DNA of 64,000 nucleotides from a virus: IMG/VR virus record IMGVR_UViG_3300045988_073134. The stretch is one strand, 5' to 3'. This document shows positions 63,651-64,000 of the stretch, piece after piece. Numbering within the stretch: position 1 is the stretch's first letter; each line of letters starts with the position of its first letter. The notes under the pieces were generated by a model. It had not been told where the DNA came from. It made no database searches and saw only the letters and a list, made by a program, of their open reading frames with translations. A program made the position numbers and the translations under genes.

Positions 63651-63685
63651 ATATATAGTATAGAAAAATTGTGTAGTTTACTAAC
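63649..63685 (-). promoter_or_regulatory. 37-bp promoter motif copy P14
   Basis: The + strand reads acatatatagtatagaaaaattgtgtagtttactaac. It contains the stop codon of 63681..63953. Confidence 0.5.
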
Positions 63686-63953
63686 TAAAAAATAATTTTA
63701 TTTCTTCTTTATCTAATTTTATTACATATATATTATCTTTAATTATAAACTTATTTCTAGTACCTCCCTTTTTAATAGGTTCTCTAAAATTATCATTTTT
63801 AATATGTGTTCTAATACAACTATTAAAACTTTTTAATTGAGTAGCATTTAATCTATAACAACTATGTTTAATACTATTAATAATATGTCTAATATCATTA
63901 CATAAAAAATAATTGTCAGGTGTAACTACTAAATAATTATTAGTACTTATCAT
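63681..63953 (-). CDS. Hypothetical protein
   Basis: 90 aa with RBS AAGGAGGA upstream of ATG 63953. Confidence 0.5.
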   Translation of the reverse strand: MISTNNYLVVTPDNYFLCNDIRHIINSIKHSCYRLNATQLKSFNSCIRTHIKNDNFREPIKKGGTRNKFIIKDNIYVIKLDKEEIKLFFS

Positions 63954-64000
63954 ATAAATTCCTCCTTTTTTAGTTGAGAGAATTATGCACTTTCGGTGCA

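Noticed and set aside
25270-63685. The 37-bp repeats as a CRISPR array or as transposon ends
   Set aside because: Copies are separated by irregular distances from about 100 bp to more than 6 kb and all have the same orientation. Each sits precisely between a stop codon and the next RBS. There are no flanking target duplications or transposase genes.
63986-64000. Hairpin tgcac-cgaaa-gtgca at the right window edge
   Set aside because: It is truncated by the window boundary, so its context cannot be evaluated.
1-64000. Lysogeny module (integrase or repressor), endolysin, queF or amidotransferase, and tRNA genes
   Set aside because: None was recognised in this window. Absence here says nothing about the rest of the genome, so no claim about lifestyle or the final modified base is made beyond the stated inference.

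Overview
This window is a low-GC tailed-phage genome segment of Firmicutes type, judged from GGAGG ribosome-binding sites, an XhlA plus holin lysis pair and a PBSX-type terminase. All 82 CDSs I call are on the minus strand. The plus-strand ORFs in the track look like antisense shadows. Gene order from right to left is: replication (helicase loader, DnaB, primase, sigma-like factor, class II RNR, SSB, Pol A); a preQ0 pathway (queC, queD, queE, folE) with two tandem DpdA-like DNA transglycosylases; then sliding clamp, recombination nucleases, dUTPase, a GuaD-like deaminase, a RecA-like protein, a second sigma factor, clamp loader and ThyX; then many small genes and an orphan DNA methyltransferase; then terminase, portal, MuF and head genes; then tail genes (TMP, Dit, a 1517-aa multi-hydrolase Tal, collagen-like and GH16 fibre proteins); then XhlA and holin; and finally a fibre gene that runs off the left edge and is missing from the ORF track. 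The most interesting content is threefold. First, there is a predicted 7-deazaguanine (dPreQ0) DNA-modification module with duplicated dpdA and a guanine-deaminase-like gene nearby. Second, a fixed-length 37-bp intergenic motif occurs 14 times plus 2 degenerate copies. It looks like a phage-specific promoter and is often fused to a terminator hairpin. Three canonical sigma-A-type early promoters also occur, one of which sits upstream of a phage sigma-like gene. Third, three short promoter-to-terminator units lacking convincing ORFs may be small RNAs or parts of an origin. No rRNA, tRNA, CRISPR array, integrase or endolysin was seen in the window. All function calls rest on motifs read by eye and on recollection of protein families. 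No database search was run.
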